A DNA stretch of 64,000 bases. It comes from a virus (taxonomy: Duplodnaviria > Caudoviricetes). Position 1 is the stretch's first letter; every line of letters starts with the position of its first letter. Of the stretch, positions 18,648-28,587 are shown one piece after another. The notes under the pieces are model-generated. The model saw nothing but the letters and a program-made list of their open reading frames with translations, did no database searches and was not told the origin of the DNA. The DNA lies in the IMG/VR virus record IMGVR_UViG_3300010352_001202, one strand, 5' to 3'. A program made the translations under genes and the position numbers.

Positions 18648-19316
18648 ATGGACGAAAAGAAAACATTTAGATCATATTTTGCAGAAACAAAAACAGAATA
18701 TAAGTATGTTCTGAAGTTTGCTGTACATGAAATGACTGATGCAATGATTGATGTATTAGAGTCTTCGCTAAAGAAATACGATATCAAGCAGGCATCCTCG
18801 TTTAAGAAAACACCTATTCAAGAAAGTCCTCTCGATTTTCCTAATGTAAAGAACACACCTGTATTCATTTGCAGTATTGTACTTGGATATCCCGGTTCTC
18901 TAGATTTCCTTAGAACATATGTTTGTAACAATCTTGGAATTTCACCGGGACAGTTAGTTGTATACTCTGAAAATGATCCTCGTCAAATTGAGACCGATCT
19001 TTACATTGATAGAAATTCTGCAGAGTACAAGGCAAAATACAAAACCAAGCTGGGAAGCGACTACGAAGAGACAGGCGATAAGAGCCTATACGGTGCAGAC
19101 TATAATATTTCATTCCTGAAGGAACTCGAAAAGGTTAGCAAGGAAAGAAAAGTAACGCAGGTAGAAAATCCTCTAAGTGTTCCGCAAGATATTGATCATT
19201 CCACATTACCTAAGGGCTATGATGGTTTCAATGATCCTAAGAATTTAAAGAAAGACGATGTTGGGTTATTTGGTAGAGTTAAGAAGCCTAACTTGCTAAA
19301 GGTAGGTGTTCTATGA
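18648..19316 (+). CDS. Hypothetical late protein
   Basis: GATAAATA at 18620 and GGAG SD; N-terminal KTFRSYFAE. Confidence 0.75.
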   Translation: MDEKKTFRSYFAETKTEYKYVLKFAVHEMTDAMIDVLESSLKKYDIKQASSFKKTPIQESPLDFPNVKNTPVFICSIVLGYPGSLDFLRTYVCNNLGISPGQLVVYSENDPRQIETDLYIDRNSAEYKAKYKTKLGSDYEETGDKSLYGADYNISFLKELEKVSKERKVTQVENPLSVPQDIDHSTLPKGYDGFNDPKNLKKDDVGLFGRVKKPNLLKVGVL

Positions 19317-20431
19317 ACGATATGAGAAAACTAATAAACCTAATGGAAGGCGTAATGGCCGTTCCCGGATTAAATGAAGCAAGATTTCAGAATGTATCTT
19401 GCTCACAATGCGGCAGAGGATTTGGTCCAGGAGATAGTGGATATTCGCACTGCTCCGATCACAAAGGCAAGACACCTGTAGACGAAGCCACAGAATTACA
19501 CGAAAAGTCAACTTCCGAGAAGCAAGCCCGTTTTATGGCGGCTGCTGCACACGATCCTAAATTCGCCAAGAAAGCAGGTATTGATAGCGGAGTTGCTAAA
19601 GAATTCAACAAGGCCGACACCGGCACAAAACAATTAAGTAACGCGATGAAGAATGTTAACGAAGGCACTGAGTCCGAAATGCAAACTGCAGGAACTGTTG
19701 GGCGCGATCAGGCAGATTCAGAATTTGATGCTTCGCAAGGCAATGCCGAGGAAGTAGACGAATCGCAAGTTTCAGACGGACAAATGAGCAATCCTGCTCC
19801 AGCTGTAGAGGTATTAGCAATGGAAGGTTCAGATTACGATTTAGATTTTATTGCATCGTCGATTAGAAATAATTATGACATGGCAACATCTGAAGAAGAG
19901 TTAAAGAAAATGGTAGCCGGCGAAACAGGTTACGGCCATAACCCAGACTTTGACAATATGTTCCACGGTGCATTAGATCATTTCCTTAATGGCGATGATT
20001 CGGGTATGGGCGACTTTGATGACGGAATGGATGGCGACTTTGATTCAGCAATGGCAAGTGCCGGACATGGATCAGACGAAGATTACGGCGGAGATGATTT
20101 CCCAATGGAAGAAGATCTGAACAACGGATACGATTCAGTTGAGGTTGCAACAGGTAGTGATTTCTTCCCTAACGGTGCTGATAGTCCAGTAGTTAAGGCA
20201 ACAGGCCCGTCTGGAGCACGCCAAGGCGATAATCCAGAACAGAAAAAGATGCAAGTTGCAGAAGTTCATAAAGAACTTGTCTACGGTTATAGAAATTTCC
20301 TAAAGGAATCAGCTTCTTCTAAACCTAAGAAGGGCGAAAAGCCTAAGAAGGCAGAAAAGGCAAAAAAGGGTGAAGATGCCAAGAAACCAGTAAAGGCAAA
20401 AAAAGGTCACAAGCCTAATCTAAAGAAATAA
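19313..20431 (+). CDS. Modular acidic late protein (candidate internal head polyprotein)
   Basis: Short modules (CxxC..HC..H; SEKQARFMAAAAH) separated by hydrophobic-X-E sites; Lys-rich tail. Confidence 0.7.
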   Translation: MNDMRKLINLMEGVMAVPGLNEARFQNVSCSQCGRGFGPGDSGYSHCSDHKGKTPVDEATELHEKSTSEKQARFMAAAAHDPKFAKKAGIDSGVAKEFNKADTGTKQLSNAMKNVNEGTESEMQTAGTVGRDQADSEFDASQGNAEEVDESQVSDGQMSNPAPAVEVLAMEGSDYDLDFIASSIRNNYDMATSEEELKKMVAGETGYGHNPDFDNMFHGALDHFLNGDDSGMGDFDDGMDGDFDSAMASAGHGSDEDYGGDDFPMEEDLNNGYDSVEVATGSDFFPNGADSPVVKATGPSGARQGDNPEQKKMQVAEVHKELVYGYRNFLKESASSKPKKGEKPKKAEKAKKGEDAKKPVKAKKGHKPNLKK

Positions 20432-20432
20432 C

Positions 20433-22007
20433 ATGGCAATCTATCAAGACGATAAGCTCGTCAAGCGTGCGTATACGAAAATATCGTATAGTAAGGAGCA
20501 GATTGACGAGCTCAAGGCGTGCATGGACCCTGTTACGGGTCCTCGATATTTTATTGAAAACTTCATGTATATCCAACACCCGATGCAGGGTAGACAGAAA
20601 ATTCACCTATACGATTTTCAGAGAGAATTAATTGAGAACTACCACAGTTCCAGAAAATCTGTAAACATGGTTAGTCGCCAGATGGGCAAGACCACCGTTG
20701 CTGCAGGATATCTCTTGTGGTATGCTATGTTTGTCGAGGATGCAACAATTCTTATTGCATCTAACAAATACGACGGCGCCCAGGAAATTATGCACAGAGT
20801 AAGATATGCTTACGAATCCGTGCCTGACCATATTCGTGCTGGTGTAAAAGTCTATAACAAGCGTTCAATGGACTTTGATAATAATTCCCGTATCGTTGCA
20901 ACAACCACTACAGAAAATACAGGTCGTGGAATGTCCTTGTCCTTAGTCTACCTGGACGAATTTGCGTTCGTGGAACCAAACATTGCTAAGGAATTCTGGA
21001 CTTCTCTATCTCCTACACTGTCGACCGGTGGTAAGTGTATTATCACTTCTACTCCTAACACCGACGAAGATCAATTTGCTGATATTTGGTTCGGCGCCAA
21101 TAAGCTTGTTGATGCCAACGGTAACGAAACAACTGTAGGTGTAAATGGATTTAAGCCTTATATTGCTACATGGGAAGCTCACCCAGACCGCGATCAGACA
21201 TGGGCCGACGCCGAACTTGCCGGTCTAGGCGAAGATCGTTTCTTGCGCGAACACAAGTGCCAGTTCATTACATTTGAAGAAACACTTATCAACCCAGTTA
21301 AGCTCTCTCAACTCGAATCTAGGCAGCCTATTCGCAAGACAGGCCAAGTTCGCTGGTACGGCGATATTCGTCCAAACCTTACATATGTTGTTTCTCTCGA
21401 TCCTTCAATGGGTACCGGCGGTGACAACGCAGCTATTCAGGTATTGGAACTGCCTACACTTGTTCAGGTAGCAGAATGGAGTAGCAATAGAACTCCAATT
21501 GAAGAACAAGTAAGAACAATGCGCAAGATACTAGAAGAATTGTATCAAGCAGGTAAGCCAGAACTTTACTGGTCTGTGGAAAGTAATTCTCTAGGCGAAG
21601 CTGCTCTTGTTGTTATTAGAGACACAGGAGAAGAAAACTTCCCGGGCACTATGTTGCACGATCCAAAGAATCGTCTTCAGGGCAAGACGGGCCGTCGCGC
21701 AGGATTTGTTACAACTAATAAATCTAAACTTGAAGCATGTGCTAAGTTGAAATTCTTAATTGAATCTGGTAAAATGAAACTTAATTCTAAGGGCATCTTA
21801 TCAGAGTTAAAGGTTTTTGTTTCTAGAGGAAACACATTTGAGGCTCGTATCGGGCAGACAGATGATTTAATCATGGCACTTATATTGGCAGTTCGCATGA
21901 CAGATTATATTTCTACATGGGATGATGGCGCGCAGACAGCTATCAATAGTAATATCGCTATCGGGGAAGACAGCAACTACGATGCACCGATGCCTGTTTT
22001 TATTTGA
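20433..22007 (+). CDS. Terminase large subunit (gp17-like)
   Basis: LYDFQ, SRQMGKTT Walker A, LVYLDEFAFV Walker B, ITSTPN, LDPSMGTGGD, DDLIMAL. Confidence 0.95.
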   Translation: MAIYQDDKLVKRAYTKISYSKEQIDELKACMDPVTGPRYFIENFMYIQHPMQGRQKIHLYDFQRELIENYHSSRKSVNMVSRQMGKTTVAAGYLLWYAMFVEDATILIASNKYDGAQEIMHRVRYAYESVPDHIRAGVKVYNKRSMDFDNNSRIVATTTTENTGRGMSLSLVYLDEFAFVEPNIAKEFWTSLSPTLSTGGKCIITSTPNTDEDQFADIWFGANKLVDANGNETTVGVNGFKPYIATWEAHPDRDQTWADAELAGLGEDRFLREHKCQFITFEETLINPVKLSQLESRQPIRKTGQVRWYGDIRPNLTYVVSLDPSMGTGGDNAAIQVLELPTLVQVAEWSSNRTPIEEQVRTMRKILEELYQAGKPELYWSVESNSLGEAALVVIRDTGEENFPGTMLHDPKNRLQGKTGRRAGFVTTNKSKLEACAKLKFLIESGKMKLNSKGILSELKVFVSRGNTFEARIGQTDDLIMALILAVRMTDYISTWDDGAQTAINSNIAIGEDSNYDAPMPVFI

Positions 22008-22039
22008 TAGCAGATAAATAAGAGAAACAAGGATTTCAT

Positions 22040-23533
22040 ATGGTAGAATTGGATACCCTGGCAGGAAAGATTTTTTCTCTCCTAAAGGGAAATGGTTTAA
22101 AGATAAAGATTTATGACGAGGCAGGAGCAGAAACAACTGACCCTAATGTCGGTCGTCGCTTCTTTGTCACTGAACCAAACATTATGGTTACCATTGACGA
22201 AGATAGTAACAAGATTGAATTCAGCAAAGGTGCAACTGTTGACGATTCGGTAGAACACCTACAAAAAAATATTAGACGCCTTGCTGATGAATTTTTAATG
22301 AACTCTGATATTAAAGTTTTTGGTAAAACAATTCAACCAAGAGATTATGCATATCAGGCAAAACAAAAGAAGAATGATGCAGTTATGGAAAATAATCTAA
22401 GACCCGTAAATCACCACTTGCTCGGCCAGGTTTTAAAGAAGGTTAAGTATTTCGGTAACACATATGATTATCAACTTGCTGATGATTTGGGTATTGGGTT
22501 AGAAGAAATTCGTCCAGTTTTGAATAGACTCGTAACAAGCGGCAAAGTCAAGGCAGGAAAAGATTCGCATGGAGATATTATGTATTCAATAGCAGTTGAC
22601 GAAGCAGTTATGGAAAGTTTCAGCAAGATGTTTGGTTCGCTAAAGACATCTCAGCAGACATTAGAAAATGTTCGCATCCTAGTCCGTCACAAGACTCCTG
22701 TTGATGAAAATGTTCGCGGCGCCCGTTCGCGCCACATCAGCGCAATCTTCCTAGAGTGCAATGGCGAGCGTTTCCGTTTCCCACACAACTATCTACCAGG
22801 CGCAAGAGCAATGGCCCAGCACATGGCCCACGGCGGCACACCAGGCGATAAAGTTGGCGGATATATTACAGAAAGCACAGGAAATTTACTCAAGCTTCAA
22901 TCGTTCAACCGTTATGTCACAACAAACAAGCTAATCAACGAAGATAGTTCTGGTATTGTTGAAACAGTAAAGGAAAACATCGAGACCATTCGTACCGAAT
23001 TGAAGAAGCTTACTGGCGTAAAGACATATGAGACAGTTAAGGCCCGTTTAGAAACTTTTGAACGCGAGGCACTTGCCGAGGACGACACAAGTGGTCTTAA
23101 GGAACTTTTCACTATCCGTCGCTTTGATGAGAAGTTCGAAGAAGTCCTTCCTATTGTTAAGCAACTTGTTCAAGAGCGTGATACATTCCATAAGCGCATT
23201 GAAGAGGCGGCCGCAAATACTGTTATGTTGCGTCGTGAGGCTATAAATACTGTACCGATGTTCGAGTTTGCAGGCGAACATGCTCGTTTAGGATTTAAAC
23301 TCAACGAATTGGCATTAAGAATTGTTGAAAATGATGAACTTGCTGGCTTTGTTAATAAGATTGGCACTAAGCTATGTAAGGAAGGTCAGATTAATGATTT
23401 CGAGAAGGCGGTACTTACGCAAGTTCTTGAGAATGCGCAAGTAGTTGAAAAGACAGAAAGTGCAAGAAAAGAAATTAAAGAATCTGCAGACCTGTCATCT
23501 TTCTTTGATAAATACATTATGAACTTCTATTAA
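22040..23533 (+). CDS. Hypothetical late protein with inserted wHTH-like cassette
   Basis: GATAAATA at 22013; RSR.I.AIF.E..GERF.FP...L.GARAMA.H motif. Confidence 0.8.
   Translation: MVELDTLAGKIFSLLKGNGLKIKIYDEAGAETTDPNVGRRFFVTEPNIMVTIDEDSNKIEFSKGATVDDSVEHLQKNIRRLADEFLMNSDIKVFGKTIQPRDYAYQAKQKKNDAVMENNLRPVNHHLLGQVLKKVKYFGNTYDYQLADDLGIGLEEIRPVLNRLVTSGKVKAGKDSHGDIMYSIAVDEAVMESFSKMFGSLKTSQQTLENVRILVRHKTPVDENVRGARSRHISAIFLECNGERFRFPHNYLPGARAMAQHMAHGGTPGDKVGGYITESTGNLLKLQSFNRYVTTNKLINEDSSGIVETVKENIETIRTELKKLTGVKTYETVKARLETFEREALAEDDTSGLKELFTIRRFDEKFEEVLPIVKQLVQERDTFHKRIEEAAANTVMLRREAINTVPMFEFAGEHARLGFKLNELALRIVENDELAGFVNKIGTKLCKEGQINDFEKAVLTQVLENAQVVEKTESARKEIKESADLSSFFDKYIMNFY
22379..22616 (+). 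repeat. 13-nt direct repeat GCAGTTATGGAAA, copies 225 nt apart
   Basis: Copies at 22379-22391 and 22604-22616, both read A-V-M-E in frame. Confidence 0.85.
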
Positions 23534-23540
23534 GAAGTTC

Positions 23541-23569
23541 TTGACAAACACACAATAAGTTCGTACACT
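23541..23569 (+). promoter_or_regulatory. sigma70-type promoter for the replication operon
   Basis: TTGACA-17 nt-TACACT. Confidence 0.75.
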
Positions 23570-23681
23570 AGACACTGTACGAAATGTAGTCAGTAAGGCG
23601 TGAAAGGGTATAACGCGACCCAAGTAAGCCGTGTCTCGATTAATAGCGTTTTATTAAACTAAAGCATAGGAAAAACAAATC

Positions 23682-24734
23682 ATGTCTAAAACATTAGAAG
23701 AAATTCGCAAGAAGTTACAAGCACTCGAGTCACGCAAAGGTGGCGGCACACAAGGTTTCAGCGGCGATAAGGCAACTTACGCACATTGGAATATCCCAGA
23801 GGGCACATCCGCAATTCAAAGATTTCTCCCAGACGCCAACGAAGATAACACATTCTTCTGGGCTGAGAAGCAAATCATCAAGCTTCCTTTCCCTGGTATC
23901 AAGGGACAAGACGAAAGCAAGCCAGTTATTGTTCAAGTTCCATGTATCGAAATGTTTGACGGTCCAAAGACCTGTCCTGTACTGAACGAAGTCCGTCCTT
24001 GGTGGAAGGATAAGTCTCTTGAAGAGACCGCTCGTAAGTATTGGGTAAAGCGTTCGTATTACATGCAAGGTTTTGTCAAGCAAGATCCAATGAACGAACA
24101 AGATCCTCCAGAAAATCCAATCCGTAAGTACATTATGGGTCCGCAGATTTTCGCAATCATCAAGGCAGCATTACTTGATCCTGATATGACATACAGCCCT
24201 GTTGATTTAATCAACGGTACTGACTTTATCATTTCCAAGACAAGCAAGGGCGGTTTTGCCGACTACGGTACTTCGAAGTGGGCAAGAAAGGAATCCAGCA
24301 TTACTGAAGATATGCAAGCAGCTATCGACAAGTACGGTTTGGTTGATCTTTCGACATACCTACCGAAGCGTCCTACTCCGGAACAACTTGCCATCATCTA
24401 TGAAATGTTCCAAGCATCTCTAGATGGCGAATTGTATGATCCGGCACAGTGGAGCCAGCATTACAAGCCATTCGGCTTCGACGCAGCCGGCGGTGATGAT
24501 CCTGATGCAGGCGAAGGCAAGAAAGTCAACCGCAGCGCACCTGTATCGCGTCCGGCAGTTTCTACTCCTGTAGTACCTAAGGTTACACAACCTGTAGTTA
24601 CAGAAGAGTCAGAAGATCCTCCGTTCGATGTTGATGTTCCTGCTGACGATGCAACACCGGTAGCTACCACAGCAGCACCGGCTGGTAAATCTCCTCAAGA
24701 AATCCTGGCAATGCTCAGAAATCGTAATAAATGA
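23682..24734 (+). CDS. Single-stranded DNA-binding protein (gp32-like)
   Basis: RFLPD, C..M....CPV, RKYW.KRSY, G.DF.I.KTSKGG.ADY.TS.W; acidic/Pro-rich tail; upstream of uvsX. Confidence 0.88.
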   Translation: MSKTLEEIRKKLQALESRKGGGTQGFSGDKATYAHWNIPEGTSAIQRFLPDANEDNTFFWAEKQIIKLPFPGIKGQDESKPVIVQVPCIEMFDGPKTCPVLNEVRPWWKDKSLEETARKYWVKRSYYMQGFVKQDPMNEQDPPENPIRKYIMGPQIFAIIKAALLDPDMTYSPVDLINGTDFIISKTSKGGFADYGTSKWARKESSITEDMQAAIDKYGLVDLSTYLPKRPTPEQLAIIYEMFQASLDGELYDPAQWSQHYKPFGFDAAGGDDPDAGEGKKVNRSAPVSRPAVSTPVVPKVTQPVVTEESEDPPFDVDVPADDATPVATTAAPAGKSPQEILAMLRNRNK

Positions 24735-24738
24735 TAAT

Positions 24739-24764
24739 AGTGGGGTTCGCCCCACTTTAATTTT
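24739..24764 (+). terminator. Intrinsic terminator
   Basis: AGTGGGG-TTCG-CCCCACT followed by TTAATTTT. Confidence 0.7.
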
Positions 24765-25262
24765 ATGAAAAATTCTGCCAGGCAATTTGCTTTAGATAAT
24801 AATCTTTCTACATATATTTCAGAAAAGGCATGTAAGAGAGGTCATTTTGCTCCTAGGAGAGTAAAAGATTCGGCGTGTACTGAATGTGAACAATTGCGCA
24901 AATCATCAGCATATTATGAAAAATATAAAACCGATGAGAATGCATTTCGCAAACAATTTTCTGATTTACGTAATAGAGCAAAAAAGAATAATATACCATT
25001 CTCTATAATTTTTGAAGATATAGAAAAACCGGAATATTGTCCTATTTTAGGAATTAAACTTCATTACGGTATAAATCATTATTCTGATGAATTAAAATGG
25101 CGCAAAAATCCTAATAAAGCAAGTTTTGATAAACTAGATCCATTATTAGGCTATGTACCTGGCAATGTATTCGTAATTAGTCTGCGAGCAAACAGATTAA
25201 AGAATAATTCAACAATTGGCGAGATAGAAAATATACTTGCCTATATGAAAAGGAATAAATGA
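24765..25262 (+). CDS. HNH-like homing endonuclease
   Basis: CKRGH...C.EC zinc motif; CPILG...SFDK.DP..GY.PGNV.VIS.RANRLK; AT-rich. Confidence 0.75.
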   Translation: MKNSARQFALDNNLSTYISEKACKRGHFAPRRVKDSACTECEQLRKSSAYYEKYKTDENAFRKQFSDLRNRAKKNNIPFSIIFEDIEKPEYCPILGIKLHYGINHYSDELKWRKNPNKASFDKLDPLLGYVPGNVFVISLRANRLKNNSTIGEIENILAYMKRNK

Positions 25263-25263
25263 C

Positions 25264-26358
25264 ATGGCCAAGCCATTTGATATTTCTAAGTTCAGAAAAA
25301 ATCTGACAAAAAGCATTACAGGTATTTCTACGGGGTTTAACGATCCCGACATATGGGTTAGCACAGGCTCATATGGTTTAAATTATCTTATCAGCGGGGA
25401 TTTCTTTCGCGGAGTTCCTATGGGTAAGGTTACTGTGTTTGCAGGTGAATCGGGTGCAGGTAAGTCCTACATTGTTTCTGGTAACATTGCAAAGGCTGCG
25501 CAAGAGCAAGGTATTTTCGTTGTTATGATTGACTCTGAAAATGCACTTGACGAAGGTTGGCTAAAGCCGCTTGGCGTAGACACAAGCGAAGAAAAGATGT
25601 TGCGTATCAGCGCATCTATGATTGACGAAGTTGCAAAGATTGTTCACGACTTTGTTACTGAATACAAGACAAATTATCTGGATCTTCCTAGAGCAGAGCG
25701 TCCTAAGATTATGTTCATTATCGACTCGCTTGGTATGCTGCTTACTCCGACTGAAGTAAATCAGTTCGAAGCAGGCGATATGAAGGGAGACATGGGACGC
25801 AAGGCAAAGCAGCTGAAAGCTTTCGTTTCAAACTGTGTAAACATGTTTGGTGATTTGAATATCGGTATGGTTGTTACAAATCACACCTATGCGAGTCAAG
25901 ACATGTTCGATCCCGATGACAAGATTTCCGGCGGTTCAGGCTTCATGTTTGCTTCGAGCATTATCGTTGCAATGAAGAAGTACAAGCTGAAGGAAGACGA
26001 GGACGGTAACAAGGTTACAGAAGTAAAGGGTATCAGAGCAACTTGCAAAGTTGTTAAGACTCGATACGCAAAACCGTTTGAATCAATTAAGATTGATATC
26101 CCTTGGGAATCTGGTATGAACCCGATTTCCGGATTGTTTGACCTGTTTGAGAAATCAGGAGTGTTAACCAAAGAGGGCAATCGTTATAAGTATACATCAA
26201 AGCGCACCGGCGCAGAGATGAAGTATTTCCGCAAGGAATGGAATGACTTGGAGAAGATGAAAGTCATTATGGACGAATTTACAGGCGACGATTTCAAGGT
26301 AGTAATCTCCGATTCTGCCGAAGACGGAATCAATGTGCCTGTAGTATCAGAGGAGTAA
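25264..26358 (+). CDS. uvsX: UvsX/RecA-like recombinase
   Basis: AGESGAGKS Walker A, IDSENAL, IIDSLG, GDMG, TNHTY, SGG.G. Confidence 0.93.
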   Translation: MAKPFDISKFRKNLTKSITGISTGFNDPDIWVSTGSYGLNYLISGDFFRGVPMGKVTVFAGESGAGKSYIVSGNIAKAAQEQGIFVVMIDSENALDEGWLKPLGVDTSEEKMLRISASMIDEVAKIVHDFVTEYKTNYLDLPRAERPKIMFIIDSLGMLLTPTEVNQFEAGDMKGDMGRKAKQLKAFVSNCVNMFGDLNIGMVVTNHTYASQDMFDPDDKISGGSGFMFASSIIVAMKKYKLKEDEDGNKVTEVKGIRATCKVVKTRYAKPFESIKIDIPWESGMNPISGLFDLFEKSGVLTKEGNRYKYTSKRTGAEMKYFRKEWNDLEKMKVIMDEFTGDDFKVVISDSAEDGINVPVVSEE

Positions 26359-26361
26359 GTT

Positions 26362-26610
26362 ATGGTAAACGATAATCATGAACTGTTGTTGGAACTGTGG
26401 GCTAGAATCAAGTCCCATGTGTCTCCAAAAGAAAGATTAGAAGTAGCAGATATTTTTGTTGTTGTATTCGATGAGTTCGGTCTTGTAGATGAAAATCTAT
26501 TAGATGAAGACTTAGATAAAGAAATGCGTGCAGCAGCAAGAAGCCATTTGTCGGAAGAAGTTGACTACGATGAGGAGTATGACGATGACGACAACGGCCA
26601 CGGCTTCTGA
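26362..26610 (+). CDS. Small acidic hypothetical protein
   Basis: GAGGAG SD; operonic. Confidence 0.7.
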   Translation: MVNDNHELLLELWARIKSHVSPKERLEVADIFVVVFDEFGLVDENLLDEDLDKEMRAAARSHLSEEVDYDEEYDDDDNGHGF

Positions 26611-26899
26611 ATTCGGAAAGACATTACTCGAAACGATTAAGAGCAAGGATGTTCTGAACACCATTACGCAAGTCCAGCAGTACAAAGAGAATATGAGAGA
26701 TGTTACTGTGGGTGCTGACTACGTTACCTGGATTTCAGAACCTGTTAATCTGACTTTGGTACATAAGGCCTTAGCAGAAGACTTAGGAGTCCCTCCGCGT
26801 GTTCTAGCAATCAGACGAGCACAGATGTCAAGACCTCAGAGAGCATATCTGTTGGTGCAAGCAATGGAATTAGGAATTAAGAAAGTACACAAATTGTGA
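26585..26899 (+). CDS. Hypothetical protein
   Basis: GAGGAG SD ahead of ATG 26585; start uncertain. Confidence 0.6.
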   Translation: MTTTATASEFGKTLLETIKSKDVLNTITQVQQYKENMRDVTVGADYVTWISEPVNLTLVHKALAEDLGVPPRVLAIRRAQMSRPQRAYLLVQAMELGIKKVHKL

Positions 26900-27357
26900 G
26901 TTCATGGTATTACAAGGTCACAGCAGATCTTTCTAATGTACCTGCCTTTATAGAACACTTCGAGGAAGAGCTGGAGACAGCTCGTATGGAGTTATCTTTA
27001 AAAGGTAAGTCATTGGAAAGGCATGCGGCTGAGTTGCCCGGATTAGTGGAACACAGATATTCGCAGCTACAAGAAATTGAAGCTATTCTAGAATATCTTA
27101 ATATTCAGTTGCGTAAAGACAGATCTATCGAATTTAAAAAGTTCTTAGAGGCGTACAATAAGACGCTGAGTTCGCGAGATGCAGAAAAGTATGTTGATGG
27201 TGTAGCATCAATTGTTGATTCAACATTGTTGATAAATGAAATTGCATTGTTGCGAAATAAGTATCTAGGAATAACAAAGGGCATGGAAGCAAAGAATTTC
27301 ATGACCGGGCATATTATAAAATTAAGGGCGGCCGGATTGGATGATGCGAGTATCTAA
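26896..27357 (+). CDS. uvsY: UvsY recombination mediator
   Basis: Helical; L.SRDAEKYVDG, RN..LGI.KG...K.F....I.KLR.AG; lies between uvsX and uvsW. Confidence 0.75.
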   Translation: MSSWYYKVTADLSNVPAFIEHFEEELETARMELSLKGKSLERHAAELPGLVEHRYSQLQEIEAILEYLNIQLRKDRSIEFKKFLEAYNKTLSSRDAEKYVDGVASIVDSTLLINEIALLRNKYLGITKGMEAKNFMTGHIIKLRAAGLDDASI

Positions 27358-27737
27358 TGGCAACAGAAAACGAAATAGAAAGATGGATTAAATCAAAACC
27401 ATTCCAGTACTGGATATGTAAGTATTTTAGTCATCTATGGATTAAGCCACCGACTCGTTCGGTAGAAGATCATCAAAAAATTCAAATAACAGTTGTTGTA
27501 GGAATTCTTTGTACTCTTTCTGATTATTTTGGCGGAACTCTAGAACACCAGCCAATAGATGTTATTCGCAATGTTTTATATTCAACCGAGGGAAGATATA
27601 GCCCCGGCAGTGTTAAGATTTTAGAAAATAATCTTAATTGGATTAAGACTCACCCACAAGCTGAAAATTGGCAGCGCATCCATGCCAGTGAAGAATTAAC
27701 AGCCATAGAAGACAGGATGTGGAATAAATTATATTAA
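27357..27737 (+). CDS. Hypothetical protein
   Basis: Operonic ORF. Confidence 0.6.
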   Translation: MATENEIERWIKSKPFQYWICKYFSHLWIKPPTRSVEDHQKIQITVVVGILCTLSDYFGGTLEHQPIDVIRNVLYSTEGRYSPGSVKILENNLNWIKTHPQAENWQRIHASEELTAIEDRMWNKLY

Positions 27738-27748
27738 AAGGAGGCAAT

Positions 27749-27949
27749 ATGCCGAGAAATATTCACGAAGATTTACAGAACCATCACGACACCAAATCAC
27801 ATACATTTAACACAACATTTGGTATGAATCCACCATATACAAAAGAGCAGAGTGCAATTATTGATTTAGAAACAAAGGTTGCCGAATTAGAAGCACAATG
27901 TCGTATCATGGTGTCGCATATCGGGGCATTAGAGACAAAATCTAAGTAA
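27749..27949 (+). CDS. Small hypothetical protein
   Basis: AGGAGG SD. Confidence 0.6.
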   Translation: MPRNIHEDLQNHHDTKSHTFNTTFGMNPPYTKEQSAIIDLETKVAELEAQCRIMVSHIGALETKSK

Positions 27950-28587
27950 TGTTCTATACCTATGCTTATATAAGATCAAAAGATTCTGCTACAGCAAAGG
28001 CAGGAACTCCGTATTATATAGGCAAAGGCAAAGGCAATCGTGCATACGAATGGCGTAAAAATGTGCCTAAACCCAAAAACAACAATTTTATTATCTTATT
28101 AGAAACTAATCTAACAGAGACAGGTGCATTAGCACTCGAGCGTAGATTGATAAAGTGGTGGGGAAGAAAAGATTTAGGTACGGGTATTCTTCTTAACAGA
28201 ACAGACGGCGGTGAGGGGCTAACTGGCAGACAACCATCGGCCGTTGGTAAGAAACATACAATCGAGACTCGGCAGAAGATGTCACGGATTAGAAAAGAAA
28301 ATCCGTTAACAGAAAAGCAGTTAGATGTTCTTAGAAAAATGGCTGAACATAATAAGGATGGTAAATCGTGGAACAGTGGTGTTTCTACAGGTCCGCGAAC
28401 TTTCGATCAGAATGAGAATAACAGGCAGGCTCAGCTAGCTAGATGGTCTGTAGCTAAAGAACAAAGAGACGAAGAGTATTTTAAAAATCCGACCTATTGT
28501 TGTCACTGTAAACTGGTTCTATCTTTCAGAAAAAGACATAAGCAATATTGCGACAAAACATGTTCCAGCAAGGCTAGACGAAAATGA
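27949..28587 (+). CDS. GIY-YIG-type homing endonuclease with NUMOD3-like motif
   Basis: FYTYAY...PYYIGKG..R, E..LI..WGR, L.N.TDGGEG, GKKHT.ETR.KMS. Confidence 0.8.
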   Translation: MFYTYAYIRSKDSATAKAGTPYYIGKGKGNRAYEWRKNVPKPKNNNFIILLETNLTETGALALERRLIKWWGRKDLGTGILLNRTDGGEGLTGRQPSAVGKKHTIETRQKMSRIRKENPLTEKQLDVLRKMAEHNKDGKSWNSGVSTGPRTFDQNENNRQAQLARWSVAKEQRDEEYFKNPTYCCHCKLVLSFRKRHKQYCDKTCSSKARRK

